Below, piece by piece: positions 9,590 through 19,376 of a DNA stretch of 64,000 nt. The DNA comes from Chthoniobacteraceae bacterium (lineage in GTDB: Bacteria > Verrucomicrobiota > Verrucomicrobiia > Chthoniobacterales > Chthoniobacteraceae). The DNA is taken from positions 1 to 64,000 of the forward strand of contig JANNXQ010000300.1 of the NCBI GenBank assembly GCA_031409655.1. The letters are read 5' to 3'. Under the pieces are notes generated by a model. That model saw only the letters and a program-made list of their open reading frames with translations. It was not told where the DNA came from and did no database searches. Numbering within the stretch: position 1 is the first letter of the stretch; each line of letters opens with the position of its first letter. A program made the translations under genes and the position numbers.

Positions 9590-9745
9590 CTGTCATTCTG
9601 AAGTGGAGCGGAGCGCAACGAAGAACCTCACGTCTCCGGGGGCAGCGGCGGCGCGGAGCGTTCACGCGCCGCTGTGCTCCGCACCACCGCTGCCCACAGA
9701 TGCGTGAGATCCTTCGTTCCGCTCCGCTCCACGTCAGGATGACAG
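9590..9745. repeat. Long imperfect hairpin element (GTCATTCTGA...TCAGGATGAC type)
   Basis: 9590-9636 pairs with 9698-9745, and inner GGGCAGCGGCGGCGCGGAGC pairs with GCTCCGCACCACCGCTGCCC. Confidence 0.85.
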
Positions 9746-9749
9746 CGTT

Positions 9750-11747
9750 TTACCAGATCATCGCCCGCTTCTCCGGCGGCAACCACATCTTCGCGCCCTT
9801 CTTGATCCCGAAGGCTTCGTAGAATTCCGGCATGTGCATGAGCGGACCGTTGGCGCGCGTTTCTGCGGGCGCGTGTTCGTCGGTGAGGAGCGCTTGCCTG
9901 GCCCGTTCGCTGCGCTCCAGCACGCACCAGCTCTGCGCGTAGGAGATGAAAAAGCGCTGCTCGGGAGTGAAGCCGTCGCTCTTGCTTTTTGCCGGTGCGG
10001 CCGCGAGCGCCTTTTGCAGCGCGTCCCAGGCGATGAGCAAGCCGCCGAGATCGGCGATGTTTTCGGCGAGCGTGAGTTTGCCATTCACGTGCATTCCCGG
10101 GTACGGCGTGAAGCCGTTGAACTGTGTGACGATCTTCTGCGCGCGCGCGTCGAATTGCTTCGCGTCCTCCGCGGTCCACCAATCCTTCAAGCTGCCGTCC
10201 GCGTCGTATTGCCGCCCGTCGCTGTCGAAGCCGTGCGTCATCTCGTGGCCGATCGTCGCGCCGATGTTCCCGTAGTTCACCGCGTCGTCGAGCGCGGGGT
10301 CAAACATCGGCGGCTGCAGGATGCCGGCGGGCAGCGTGATGCTGTTCTGGGTCGGCATGAAGAAGGCATTCACCGTCGGCGGCGAGCAGAGCCACTCCGC
10401 GCGATCCACGGCCTGTCCGAGCCGCGCGACCTTGCGCTTCCACTCGAAGACCGCGGATCGCTCCACATTGCCAAAGTAATCGTCGCGCCGGATCTCGATC
10501 GCCGAGTAGTCGCGGTACTTCGCGGGATGGCCGACCTTCGCAAAGAAGCGCTCCAGCTTGCCCAGCGCTTGATTCCGCGTGGCCTCGGTCATCCAGCCGA
10601 CCTTCGCGAGCCGGTCGCGGAAGGCGGCGTGAAAATTTCCGACCATCTCCTCGACGCGCGCCTTCGATGCGGGTGGAAAATGGCGCTCGCAGTAGAGTTG
10701 CCCGAGCGCTTCGCCGAGACAGTCGTCCACCACGCGCGTCGTGCGGCGCCAGAGCGGCGCCTGCTCGGGCTGGCCGTTCAGCTTGGTGCCGTAAAAGGCG
10801 AAGTGCTCGCGGTCTGCAGCCTCGTGCAGATACGATGCTGCATCGGAGATCACGTGCCAGCGGAGATAAGTCTTCCAAGTGTCCAGCGGCTCGGATTTCA
10901 GCAGCTTGCTGACGCCGGTGAGATACTCCGGTTGGCCGACAATCACCGTCTCGGGCGCGCCCGCTCCGAGCGTTTTGAAATACTCGCTCCACGGAAAATT
11001 CGGCGCGGCTTCGATGAGCTCCGCCATGGTGAACTTGTGATAGTTCTTCAGCGAATCCTGCAGGTCCTCGCGCGGCCGACTGAGCTTCGCCAGCGCGGTC
11101 TCGAGACGGATGATCGTTTCCGCCTGCTTCGCCGCGCTCTTCGCGGAATCACCCGTGAGCATCAGCATTTTCACGATGTGCGCGTGGTAGGCTTCGCGTT
11201 CCTTTGCGAGCGGCTTCGTCAGATAGTAGTCGCGATCCGGCAGCCCGAGCGCATCGTTGCTCTGCCAAAGATCGAGAGCGTAGATCGCGCTGTTCTTTGC
11301 ATCAGGCGAGACGTCCGCATCAAAGAGCACGCCACTCCCGCGCGCGTGGAACTCACCAAGCAGCGGCGCAAGTTCGCCGACGGTCTTCAGTCCGACGATG
11401 CGTTGAAGATCATGCGCGATCGGCTGAAAGCCGAGCCGATTGCGCGTCGCGAGATCGAGCCCCGAGGCATAAAGCTCCGCGACCTGCCGCCCCGGCGTCT
11501 CCAGGATCGCGCGGAGCTGCAGCCACACCCGCTCTTCCAGCATCTGCCACGGCCCCCACGCCGTCTTATCCGGCGGAATGCGATTCACCTTCAGCCATCC
11601 GCCGCAGGAGTAGCGGTAAAAATTTTCGCCCGGGTCCACCGCCCGATCCACGTAGCCGATCGAGAAGCGAAACTCCGGCGGCAGCTCCTGCGCAACCGCG
11701 GACGACACCAGAGCTACGAGAGTAAAAAGGAGGGCAGATAACTTCAT
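9750..11747 (-). CDS. M13 family metallopeptidase (PepO/neprilysin-like), secreted
   Basis: VNAFF, PAGILQPP, GHEMTHGFD and TLAENIADLGG motifs; signal peptide from ATG 11747. Confidence 0.95.
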   Translation of the reverse strand: MKLSALLFTLVALVSSAVAQELPPEFRFSIGYVDRAVDPGENFYRYSCGGWLKVNRIPPDKTAWGPWQMLEERVWLQLRAILETPGRQVAELYASGLDLATRNRLGFQPIAHDLQRIVGLKTVGELAPLLGEFHARGSGVLFDADVSPDAKNSAIYALDLWQSNDALGLPDRDYYLTKPLAKEREAYHAHIVKMLMLTGDSAKSAAKQAETIIRLETALAKLSRPREDLQDSLKNYHKFTMAELIEAAPNFPWSEYFKTLGAGAPETVIVGQPEYLTGVSKLLKSEPLDTWKTYLRWHVISDAASYLHEAADREHFAFYGTKLNGQPEQAPLWRRTTRVVDDCLGEALGQLYCERHFPPASKARVEEMVGNFHAAFRDRLAKVGWMTEATRNQALGKLERFFAKVGHPAKYRDYSAIEIRRDDYFGNVERSAVFEWKRKVARLGQAVDRAEWLCSPPTVNAFFMPTQNSITLPAGILQPPMFDPALDDAVNYGNIGATIGHEMTHGFDSDGRQYDADGSLKDWWTAEDAKQFDARAQKIVTQFNGFTPYPGMHVNGKLTLAENIADLGGLLIAWDALQKALAAAPAKSKSDGFTPEQRFFISYAQSWCVLERSERARQALLTDEHAPAETRANGPLMHMPEFYEAFGIKKGAKMWLPPEKRAMIW

Positions 11748-11820
11748 GCGGAGATGAACGGAGGCGAACCTGTCACCCGCTGGGAGCAAGGACAACGCCC
11801 GAAGGAGGCGTCATCATTCA

Positions 11821-11938
11821 TTTGGCGTTTGAAGTTTAGCGTTTGAAGTTTGGCGTTCCATCAGTGGCAGGCGTCGAGCCTTGCTCGGGACATGGCGGCT
11901 AAACTTCAAACTTCAAACGCCAAACACTAAACTCCAAA
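11821..11938. repeat. Inverted heptamer tandem array (TTTGAAG/TTTGGCG-type)
   Basis: TTTGGCG TTTGAAG TTTAGCG TTTGAAG TTTGGCG (11821-11855) and AAACTTC AAACTTC AAACGCC AAACACT AAACTCC (11901-11935). Confidence 0.9.
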
Positions 11939-11967
11939 GGAAGGAGACCGCCCGCCCGATGAGGAGG

Positions 11968-11995
11968 TTGCAATCGGCGCGGCTTTGCCTACTTT
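11968..11995 (+). promoter_or_regulatory. Putative sigma70 promoter for the leuA leader
   Basis: TTGCAA-N16-TACTTT, ending 10 nt before the leader ORF. Confidence 0.4.
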
Positions 11996-12005
11996 CCCGC
12001 CACTC

Positions 12006-12098
12006 ATGCGTCACCTGTTGACCAGCCGACTTACTTCGCTCCGCGTTTCTGCCGCGCGCACTTTCCTGTGCACGGCTCGCGGAGCCTTCCTCGTGTAA
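12006..12098 (+). promoter_or_regulatory. Putative leucine leader peptide (30 aa) with attenuator-like structure
   Basis: MRHLLTSRLTSLRVSAARTFLCTARGAFLV*, 6 Leu codons; CCAGCCGAC (12022-12030) is complementary to GTCGGCTGG (12101-12109). Confidence 0.5.
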
Positions 12099-12174
12099 TC
12101 GTCGGCTGGCGCTGCTTCGGGCGAGCAGTGGCTGGCTCCGTGAAATTTCCGCCGCCCGTCAAAACTTCTGACCC

Positions 12175-13836
12175 ATGACCTCTTCCGTTAGCAGCAAGTA
12201 TCGTCCTTTCCCACCGATCCCGATCACGGATCGCCAGTGGCCATCCCGCACCCTCACCCACGCGCCCATCTGGTGCAGCGTCGATCTCCGCGATGGCAAT
12301 CAAGCCCTCGCCGTGCCGATGAATGTCTCGCAGAAACTCGAACTCTTCGACGCGCTGGTGAAGTGCGGGTTCAAGGAAATCGAAGTCGGTTTCCCGTCCG
12401 CTTCAAACACCGAGTTCGCCTTCAACCGCAGCCTCATCGAGGAAAACCGCATCCCAGACGATGTCACCATCCAGTGCCTTGTGCAGGCGCGCGAGGAGCT
12501 GATCGAGAAGACCGTGCAGTCGCTGATGGGTGCGAAGCAGGTAATCATCCACATGTACAATTCCACGTCGCCCGCGCAGCGGAAGTACGTCTTTGGCATG
12601 AGTAAGGAAGAGATCGTCGGCATGGCTGTGCGCGGTGCGCAGATGATTAAGGATCGCATCCATCGTCTCGAAGACAGCGGCACGAAAGTGATGCTGCAAT
12701 ATTCGCCCGAGAGTTTCAGCGCGACGGAGGTCGAATTTTCCAAGGAGATCAGCGAAGCCGTGATGGACGTGTGGCAGCCGACGCCCGAGCGGAAGATGAT
12801 CCTCAACCTGCCCGACACCGTCGAAGTCGCCGGGCCGAATGTGTACGCGGATCAGATCGAGTGGATGTGCAAAAACATCCGGGACCGCGACGCGCTCATC
12901 ATCAGCCTGCACACGCACAACGATCGCGGCACCGGCACCGCCGCCACCGAGCTCGGCCTGCTCGCCGGCGCGGATCGCGTCGAAGGCACGCTCTTCGGCA
13001 ATGGCGAGCGCACCGGCAATCTCGACGTCGTGCAAGTGGCGATGAACCTCTACACGCACGGCGTCGATCCGCAGCTCGACTTCAGCAACATAAACGCGCT
13101 CATCGCGACCTACGAGCGCACCACCGGCATGACCGTGCCGCCGCGCCAGCCCTACTCCGGCGAGTTGGTCTTCACCGCCTTCTCCGGCTCGCATCAGGAC
13201 GCGATCAAGAAAGGCTTCACCTGCTACGAGAAAGCGCACGGACCCTGGGACGTGCCTTACCTCACGATCGATCCGCACGATATCGGCCGCGAGTATCGCG
13301 AAGTCATCCGAGTGAATGGCCAGAGCGGTAAAGGCGGCGTCGCCTATCTTCTCGAATGCGACTTTGGCATTGAACTGCCCAAGGACATGCAGCGCGAATT
13401 TGGCCCCATCGCCAACGACGCCGTGGATGCCCTCGGGCGCGAAGTCACTGCCGCCGAGCTGAAAGGAATGTTTTGGCGCGAATACATCGAGCGCACCGCG
13501 CCGTGGGAACTCATCCACTTCCACGCCGATGGCGTCGATGGCGTCTTCCACTGCCGCGCCTCCGCCCGCCACTCCGGCGCCGAGGTGAAACTCACCGGCG
13601 AAGGCAACGGCCCCATCGCCGCCTTCGTCCACGCCCTGCACACTGCCGGTGCGCCGAAGTTTGAGGTCGCCTATTACAAAGAGCACGCCCTCGGCTCCGG
13701 CAGCGAAGCGAGCGCCATCGCCTACATCCAGCTCAAGCTCGCCGACGGCACCGTGAAGTGGGGCGCCGGCGTCGATACAAACATCGAGCTGGCCTCGATC
13801 AAAGCCGTGCTCAGCGCGGTGAATCGGGCGACGTAG
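12175..13836 (+). CDS. leuA: 2-isopropylmalate synthase (yeast/Corynebacterium-type)
   Basis: WCSVDLRDGNQAL, SLHTHNDRG, GNGERTGN, TAFSGSHQDAIKKG, GNGPI and regulatory C-terminus. Confidence 0.97.
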   Translation: MTSSVSSKYRPFPPIPITDRQWPSRTLTHAPIWCSVDLRDGNQALAVPMNVSQKLELFDALVKCGFKEIEVGFPSASNTEFAFNRSLIEENRIPDDVTIQCLVQAREELIEKTVQSLMGAKQVIIHMYNSTSPAQRKYVFGMSKEEIVGMAVRGAQMIKDRIHRLEDSGTKVMLQYSPESFSATEVEFSKEISEAVMDVWQPTPERKMILNLPDTVEVAGPNVYADQIEWMCKNIRDRDALIISLHTHNDRGTGTAATELGLLAGADRVEGTLFGNGERTGNLDVVQVAMNLYTHGVDPQLDFSNINALIATYERTTGMTVPPRQPYSGELVFTAFSGSHQDAIKKGFTCYEKAHGPWDVPYLTIDPHDIGREYREVIRVNGQSGKGGVAYLLECDFGIELPKDMQREFGPIANDAVDALGREVTAAELKGMFWREYIERTAPWELIHFHADGVDGVFHCRASARHSGAEVKLTGEGNGPIAAFVHALHTAGAPKFEVAYYKEHALGSGSEASAIAYIQLKLADGTVKWGAGVDTNIELASIKAVLSAVNRAT

Positions 13837-13890
13837 CGCCGTGGTCTTCGTGCTGGTTTCAGATCGTCGCGCCACGTATCCGTCGCTGCC

Positions 13891-14523
13891 ATGAATCGCG
13901 CCTTCCTCTTCGCTCTCCTGCCGCTGGCTCTCGTCTTTTCCTCGTGCTCCACGGCGCGCACGACGAGTGGGTCCGCGCCAGCGTCGGTGAATCTGCGCCA
14001 GATGATCGTGCCAGCGGGCCAGCATGGGCGGCGGAAGGAATTTCGGATGAATCCGAAGTACATCACCATTCACAGCACCCAGAATCGGGGTGGCACGGCG
14101 CTGGCCCATGCGCGCGGGATGGCGTCGGGGAATTTCCGCGGAACGTCGCCGTTCAACCGCACCGGGTATCTCACGTGGCACTTCACGGTCGATGATCAGA
14201 TGGCGATCCAATCGCTGCCGCTCAACATCCAGGGCGAACACGCGGATCACGATGGACCTGGCAACACGACGAGCATCGGGATCGAGATTTGTGAATTCGG
14301 CGACCGCGGGCGGCAGGCGGCGGCGATCGACCGCGCGGCGCGCCTCACGGCTTACGTGATGCGCCAGACCGGGGTCCCGCTGGCCCGCGTCGTGCCGCAC
14401 TACCACTGGCCGCAGCATCACTTCAAGCACCACCAGAAGAACTGCCCGATCATCTTGCTCGACGCCGGCAAGCCGGGGCCGCGGTGGGAGGCGTTTCTGC
14501 GGAAGGTGCGGAGCTACTACTGA
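13891..14523 (+). CDS. N-acetylmuramoyl-L-alanine amidase (Amidase_2), lipoprotein
   Basis: Lipobox FSSC; ITIHST, WHFTVDD, GNTTSIGIEIC, VVPH and KNCP motifs. Confidence 0.88.
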   Translation: MNRAFLFALLPLALVFSSCSTARTTSGSAPASVNLRQMIVPAGQHGRRKEFRMNPKYITIHSTQNRGGTALAHARGMASGNFRGTSPFNRTGYLTWHFTVDDQMAIQSLPLNIQGEHADHDGPGNTTSIGIEICEFGDRGRQAAAIDRAARLTAYVMRQTGVPLARVVPHYHWPQHHFKHHQKNCPIILLDAGKPGPRWEAFLRKVRSYY

Positions 14524-14627
14524 CCGGGAGGGACATGCTCCGTCATGTCCCAGGGCGAATGGGACGGAGCTGGAGCCTGCCACCTTCGCCCGAAAGTCCG
14601 GGACACGACGGAGCGTGTCCCTCCAGG
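14524..14627. repeat. REP-like doublet (two inverted hairpin arms) between convergent genes
   Basis: GGAGGGACATGCTCCGTCATGTCCC and GGGACACGACGGAGCGTGTCCCTCC; each arm is itself a hairpin. Confidence 0.85.
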
Positions 14628-14628
14628 T

Positions 14629-15048
14629 TTAGACTGCGCTGCGTTCGATGATCGTGCGGGTCTCGGAGTTGGCGTGGAAGTCGAAGTGGCGCGTGTGCCC
14701 GGGGAGCAGTGCGGGAAATTTTTCTGCCCACTCGATGGCGAGCACGCCATCGGCGTCGAGGTAGTCGTCGAAGCCGATCCGTAGGAGGTCGTCTTCGGAT
14801 TCGAGGCGATAGAAGTCGAAGTGGCAGAGCGGGAGGCGACCGCCCGGATATTCGTGGATGAGCGTGAAGGTGGGGCTGGTGACTTCGGCGGTGATGCCGA
14901 GACCGGCGGCGAGGCCTTTGACGAAGTGCGTCTTGCCGGCGCCGAGATCGCCGCAGAGCGCGAGCACGTCGCCGGCTCGGAGGGTTCCGGCGATGGCCTG
15001 GCCGAAGGCGAAGGTCTCGGCGGGGCTATGCGAAGTGATCGAAGCCAC
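14629..15048 (-). CDS. tsaE: tRNA threonylcarbamoyladenosine ATPase TsaE
   Basis: [23 protein letters not shown] and IEWAE motifs. Confidence 0.96.
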   Translation of the reverse strand: MASITSHSPAETFAFGQAIAGTLRAGDVLALCGDLGAGKTHFVKGLAAGLGITAEVTSPTFTLIHEYPGGRLPLCHFDFYRLESEDDLLRIGFDDYLDADGVLAIEWAEKFPALLPGHTRHFDFHANSETRTIIERSAV

Positions 15049-15916
15049 TTTTGAATTTCAGATTTCGGATTTCAGATTTCAGATTGAGGGTGCCCACGCG
15101 TGTGAGCGGCAGTTTGGGAAAGGCGCGGTGCCATTCGAGTGCGAGACGGGCGGTGTCGCGAGGGGGGAGGGCAAAGAGGAGTTCGTAGTCTTCGCCGTCG
15201 GTGAGGGCTTGCTCGATGGTGCGGCCGGGGGTGCGCGACACCGAGTCTCGTTCGAGCGAGAAGCCGCAGCGGCTGGCGGCGGCGAGGCGGGGGAGGTCGG
15301 CGGCGAGGCCGTCGCTCAGGTCCATCATTGCGCTCGGCTGGAAGTGCGTGACCAGCCAGCGGGCTTCGGCGAGGCGCGGGGTGAAGGTGAGATGTTTGCC
15401 GGTGATCGAACCCCCGAGGCGACCAGTCACGTAGAGCGCGTCGCCGGGTTTGCCGCCCGACCGCAAGACGCAGCGGGTGCGCTCCACTTCGCCAGTGAGC
15501 GTGACGCTGAGGAACATCGGCCCTGGCGAGCGTGCGGTCTCGCCGCCGACGATGCTCACGCCGAACTTCCGCGCCGCTTTCCGCAGGCCAGCGTAGAGCG
15601 CCTGCACGTCGGCCACTTTTCGCTCCGGGGAAATGGCCAGCGTGACGAGGGCGTGCCGCGGTTCGCCGCCCATCGCGGCGATGTCGCTGAGCGCGCGGCA
15701 GAGCGCCTTCCAGCCAACGCGGCGCAGGTCTGCGGTCGGGAGAAAATGCACGCCTTCCACCACGGCGTCCGTTTTCAAAAGCAACCAGCGCGCAGCCCGC
15801 GGACGACCGATGACCGCACAGTCGTCCCCTGCGCCGACGCGCACATCCTGGCCGATCGCGAGCCGACGCGTGATCTCCGCGACCAGCCGATCTTCGCCGT
15901 AGTGGGCGAGCTTCAC
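15026..15916 (-). CDS. thiL: Thiamine-monophosphate kinase
   Basis: [38 protein letters not shown] and C-terminal GFDHF motifs; GTG start overlaps the upstream stop. Confidence 0.94.
   Translation of the reverse strand: MKLAHYGEDRLVAEITRRLAIGQDVRVGAGDDCAVIGRPRAARWLLLKTDAVVEGVHFLPTADLRRVGWKALCRALSDIAAMGGEPRHALVTLAISPERKVADVQALYAGLRKAARKFGVSIVGGETARSPGPMFLSVTLTGEVERTRCVLRSGGKPGDALYVTGRLGGSITGKHLTFTPRLAEARWLVTHFQPSAMMDLSDGLAADLPRLAAASRCGFSLERDSVSRTPGRTIEQALTDGEDYELLFALPPRDTARLALEWHRAFPKLPLTRVGTLNLKSEIRNLKFKSGFDHFA
15049..15085. repeat. Heptamer tandem array (TTTCAGA-type) inside the thiL 3' end
   Basis: TTTTGAA TTTCAGA TTTCGGA TTTCAGA TTTCAGA; translated as [12 protein letters not shown]. Confidence 0.85.
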
Positions 15917-16779
15917 GGCTGGAAGGCGGGCACCTTGCCTTGCGATTGCAGATAAAGCATGACGAGCGAGGTGCAGTTGTAGAGGGCGTGCATGCCGATG
16001 GGGACGAGGAGCGAACCGGTGCGCTCGTAGGCCGCGGTGAGGCAGAGCGCGAGGACGAAGAGGCCGGGCAGCGACGCGAGGTTCAGGTGGAAGGCGGCGA
16101 AGAGCAGCGAGGTGGCGAGCGCGGCAGGGAAGGCGCCGAGGTAGCGTTTGCTGACGCCGTAGAAGTAGCCGCGGAAGAGGAACTCTTCGCACGGTGGTGC
16201 GAGCAGGACGGTGGCGACGAAGGCTTTCAGCATCGCGGCGTAGTTGCCGTCGCGGGAGAGTTCGCGGAAGAGGCCCACGAGATCCTGCTCGCTGGCGAGG
16301 TCGCGCAGCATCAGGACGGTGAGGTAGTTTGTGACCGTGATGACGGGCATCGAGGCGACGAGGAAAAGCCCAGCGGTCGCGCCGGCGGCGATCAGCGAGA
16401 GGCGTGCGAGACCGAAGACCCGCACGGGATTGAGGCGGCGGTAGAGCATGAAGCCGCCAACGCCCGCGACAATGGCGACGAGGAAAAGCTGCGCCGGGAG
16501 CAGGTTGTCGAGGGAGAGTTCCGTCTCCGCGCCGGGCCGGCGCTGCAGCGCCTCGACCATGGTGGCGATGAAAAAGAGGGCCAGCGTGCCCCCGGTGAGC
16601 AGGTCCGGCAGGCCAAACTCGCCGGCCTCGACCCGGCCGCCGTAGCGCACGAGATGATTCAGCACGCGGACGAAAACGATTGCTGCCGTCGCGAAAAAGA
16701 CGAATCCGATCAACGAGGTGCTGAGCTGCTGCAGCGTCGGTGCGGCAGCGAGCGGCCCTGCGAGAAGCGCGACCCCCAT
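15913..16779 (-). CDS. CPBP family intramembrane glutamic protease (CAAX protease/Abi)
   Basis: EEFLFRG, FAAFH and HALYN motifs; multiple TM segments. Confidence 0.92.
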   Translation of the reverse strand: MGVALLAGPLAAAPTLQQLSTSLIGFVFFATAAIVFVRVLNHLVRYGGRVEAGEFGLPDLLTGGTLALFFIATMVEALQRRPGAETELSLDNLLPAQLFLVAIVAGVGGFMLYRRLNPVRVFGLARLSLIAAGATAGLFLVASMPVITVTNYLTVLMLRDLASEQDLVGLFRELSRDGNYAAMLKAFVATVLLAPPCEEFLFRGYFYGVSKRYLGAFPAALATSLLFAAFHLNLASLPGLFVLALCLTAAYERTGSLLVPIGMHALYNCTSLVMLYLQSQGKVPAFQP

Positions 16780-16783
16780 GAGC

Positions 16784-17809
16784 TTACGGAGCGTAGAAGC
16801 TGGGCAGGTAATAGAGCCGGCCGGTCTCAAGCTTCGGCGTGAGGGCGTCGGCGACTTTTACTTCGATCTTCGTTTTCTCGCTCTTGCCAAGCAGGCGGAA
16901 GAGGCGGCCAAAGTGGAAGGGTGATTCGTAGCGGATGATCGCGGAGCCGGGGGCGTTGCCGAGTTCCATGGCCTTCGCGTAGGCGTCCTCCACTTCGCCG
17001 AGTCCGTCCACGAGCTTCGCCTCATGGGCATCCTTGCCGGAGATCACGCGGCCGTCGGCGACGCCGTTGCGAAGCTGATCTTCGGGCAGCTTGCGCTCCT
17101 TCGCGACGATGCCGACGAACTTCCCGTAAGTCTGCATGATGAGCCCTTGGATGTAGGTTTTCTCCTCCTCGGTCATCGGGCGCGAGCCGCTGAGGATGTC
17201 CTTAAATTTCCCGCTTTTGAAGGTCATGCTTTGCAGGCCGACTTTGTCGAAAAGCTTCTCGTAGTTGATCCCCTGCATGATGACGCCGATGGAGCCGGTG
17301 AAGGTGGTCTCGTGCGCGATGATGTGGCTGGCCCCGCAGGCCACGTAGTAGCCGCCGCTCGCCGCCACCGAGCCCATATAGACGACCACGGGTTTCTTCC
17401 CGTTGTCCCGCGCTTTGCGCACGGCGTTGTAGATGACGTCGGACGCGGTGACTTCGCCGCCGGGCGAATCGATGTGGAGCACGATGGCCTTGACGTTTTC
17501 GTCCTCCACGGCCTGCTCGAGTTGGAGCTTGAGATCGTCCACCATGGTGTCCCCGATCGAGCCCGGATCAGCCGCGGTGATGATGCCGCGAAGATGGATG
17601 AGCGCGATTTTCGTGTCGGCGGTTTTGGCGCCCTTTACGGACTTGGCCTCGGCGACCACGGCCTCCTCAAATTTCGGCGGCCCATGCGAGACGAGGCTCG
17701 AGGCGGAGGTCGCCGCGTTGGCCATGATGAAGACGAAATTCAACAGCAGGCTGACGGCGAGGATGACGACGAGGGAGATACCGAGGCAGCCGAAGCGGTC
17801 TTTGGTCAT
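16784..17809 (-). CDS. sppA: Signal peptide peptidase SppA (S49, short form)
   Basis: IDSPGG, AASGGYYVA, TGSIGV and KSGKFKD motifs; N-terminal TM. Confidence 0.93.
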   Translation of the reverse strand: MTKDRFGCLGISLVVILAVSLLLNFVFIMANAATSASSLVSHGPPKFEEAVVAEAKSVKGAKTADTKIALIHLRGIITAADPGSIGDTMVDDLKLQLEQAVEDENVKAIVLHIDSPGGEVTASDVIYNAVRKARDNGKKPVVVYMGSVAASGGYYVACGASHIIAHETTFTGSIGVIMQGINYEKLFDKVGLQSMTFKSGKFKDILSGSRPMTEEEKTYIQGLIMQTYGKFVGIVAKERKLPEDQLRNGVADGRVISGKDAHEAKLVDGLGEVEDAYAKAMELGNAPGSAIIRYESPFHFGRLFRLLGKSEKTKIEVKVADALTPKLETGRLYYLPSFYAP

Positions 17810-17876
17810 GGGTGCGGAAGGTGGAGCGGGCGCGGGCGGGAGTGAAGGGGAAAGTGCGGATGCGCTCGGTGGCGGC

Positions 17877-19373
17877 TCAGTAGCTCCGGGAGCGGAGCTC
17901 GCGGAAGGCACCGCCAAGATGCTCGACGACGTCGGTGGCGCAGAGGGATTCCTCACTTTGCGCGCCGCGATGCACGGCGAGTTCCGCGGCGCGCCCGCAG
18001 AGCCAGGCCCCGACGCGGGCGGCGGCGTAAAGGTTCAACTTTTGCGCGGCGAGCCCCGCGCAGACGCCGGTGAGCACATCGCCCATGCCGCCAGTGGCCA
18101 TGCCGGGCGAGCCGGTGGTGTTGTAGGAAAAGAGTACGCCGAGTTGGCCAACGAGGGTGCGTGCTCCTTTGAGGAGCAGGGTCACGGGGTAGCGATCGGT
18201 GAAAGCGCGGACGGTCTCGCGGCGCGGGCGATTTTCGCTCCCCAGATCGAGCCGCAGCATCTCGCCGGAATGCGGGGTGAGCAGGCGCTCGCCGGCGCAG
18301 GAGCGCAGGATCTCGATGTTCGTCGCGAGAATATTGAGCGCGTCGGCGTCGATGATCACGGGCGCGAGCAGGCGCTTCATGAGCCAGAGCACGTCTTCGC
18401 TGCGCGCGCGGCCGAGTCCGGGGCCGATGGCCACCACGTCATGCCGCGCGTCCGCGACGGCGAGGTAGGAGGTGACCGAGTGGACCATGACTTCGGGAGG
18501 CACGCGGCTGGCGACCGCGGGATGAATGTCCGGCGTGACGTAGAGCGTGACGAGCCCCGCGCCGGCGCGCACCGCACCCTCCGCGCACATGATCGCCGCG
18601 CCGATGAAACCCGAGGAGCCCGCGATGATCCCGACGCGGCCGCAGTCGCCCTTGTGCAGATCGAAGCGCCGCGGCGGCAGCAGCGGCGCGAGCGTCGTGG
18701 CGGTGCCGAGGCTGGCCGTGAGCGGGGTCGGTGCGAGCCGCGAGGCAAAGGCCGCCAGCGTCAACACCGCGAGGCGACCGACGAGCGGCACGGCGCGATC
18801 CGCCATCATCCCTTGTTTCGCAAAGCCGATGGTGAGCGTGAAATCCGCGACCACGCAGTCCGGGTCACTGGCGCCGGTATCGGCATCGAGACCGGTCGGG
18901 AGATCGATGGCGAAAACCCGCGCCTGCGAGTTGGCGCGCAGCAGATTGATCTCGCGGGCGAGGCCGTCGATCGGATGGTCCAGCGCGCCGCGGGCACCGA
19001 TGCCGAGCAGGCCGTCGAGGATCACCAGCGGCAGCCCGGAGGCATCGACCGGCAGCCGCACCGCCACGCCTTGATCCCAACTGCGGACCTCCGCGAGCTT
19101 CTTCCGGGTGAGCTCCGCACAATCCTTTTCCGCAAAGGCCGGACGAAGATGAATCTTCCATCCTGCGGCGGCGAGGTGCCGGGCCGCGACGAGGGCATCG
19201 CCGCCATTGTGCCCTTTCCCATAGTAGGCGAGGCAAATCCCCGCGTGTCCGGTGAACTGCCCGACGGCCGCCGCGATCTGCGCCCCCGCGTCCTCCATGA
19301 GCGACTCGGGCGTCGCCCCTTCCACAAAGGCGCGCGCCTCCAGGGCTCTGATCTCAGCGGCGGTGTGGATCAT
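17877..19373 (-). CDS. nnr: Bifunctional NAD(P)H-hydrate epimerase/dehydratase
   Basis: GKGHNGGD, DLPTG, HKGDCG, GPGLG, DADALN, TPHSGEM and GGMGDVLTG motifs. Confidence 0.94.
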   Translation of the reverse strand: MIHTAAEIRALEARAFVEGATPESLMEDAGAQIAAAVGQFTGHAGICLAYYGKGHNGGDALVAARHLAAAGWKIHLRPAFAEKDCAELTRKKLAEVRSWDQGVAVRLPVDASGLPLVILDGLLGIGARGALDHPIDGLAREINLLRANSQARVFAIDLPTGLDADTGASDPDCVVADFTLTIGFAKQGMMADRAVPLVGRLAVLTLAAFASRLAPTPLTASLGTATTLAPLLPPRRFDLHKGDCGRVGIIAGSSGFIGAAIMCAEGAVRAGAGLVTLYVTPDIHPAVASRVPPEVMVHSVTSYLAVADARHDVVAIGPGLGRARSEDVLWLMKRLLAPVIIDADALNILATNIEILRSCAGERLLTPHSGEMLRLDLGSENRPRRETVRAFTDRYPVTLLLKGARTLVGQLGVLFSYNTTGSPGMATGGMGDVLTGVCAGLAAQKLNLYAAARVGAWLCGRAAELAVHRGAQSEESLCATDVVEHLGGAFRELRSRSY

Positions 19374-19376
19374 CGG

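Noticed and set aside
11821..11938. CRISPR interpretation of the periodic arrays
   Set aside because: Units are 7 nt and contiguous with no unique spacers; no cas genes in the window.
12403..14583. 726-aa minus-strand ORF, and similar long antisense ORFs at 9834, 17433, 36846 and 48804
   Set aside because: All lie opposite well-supported genes and show shadow-frame composition.
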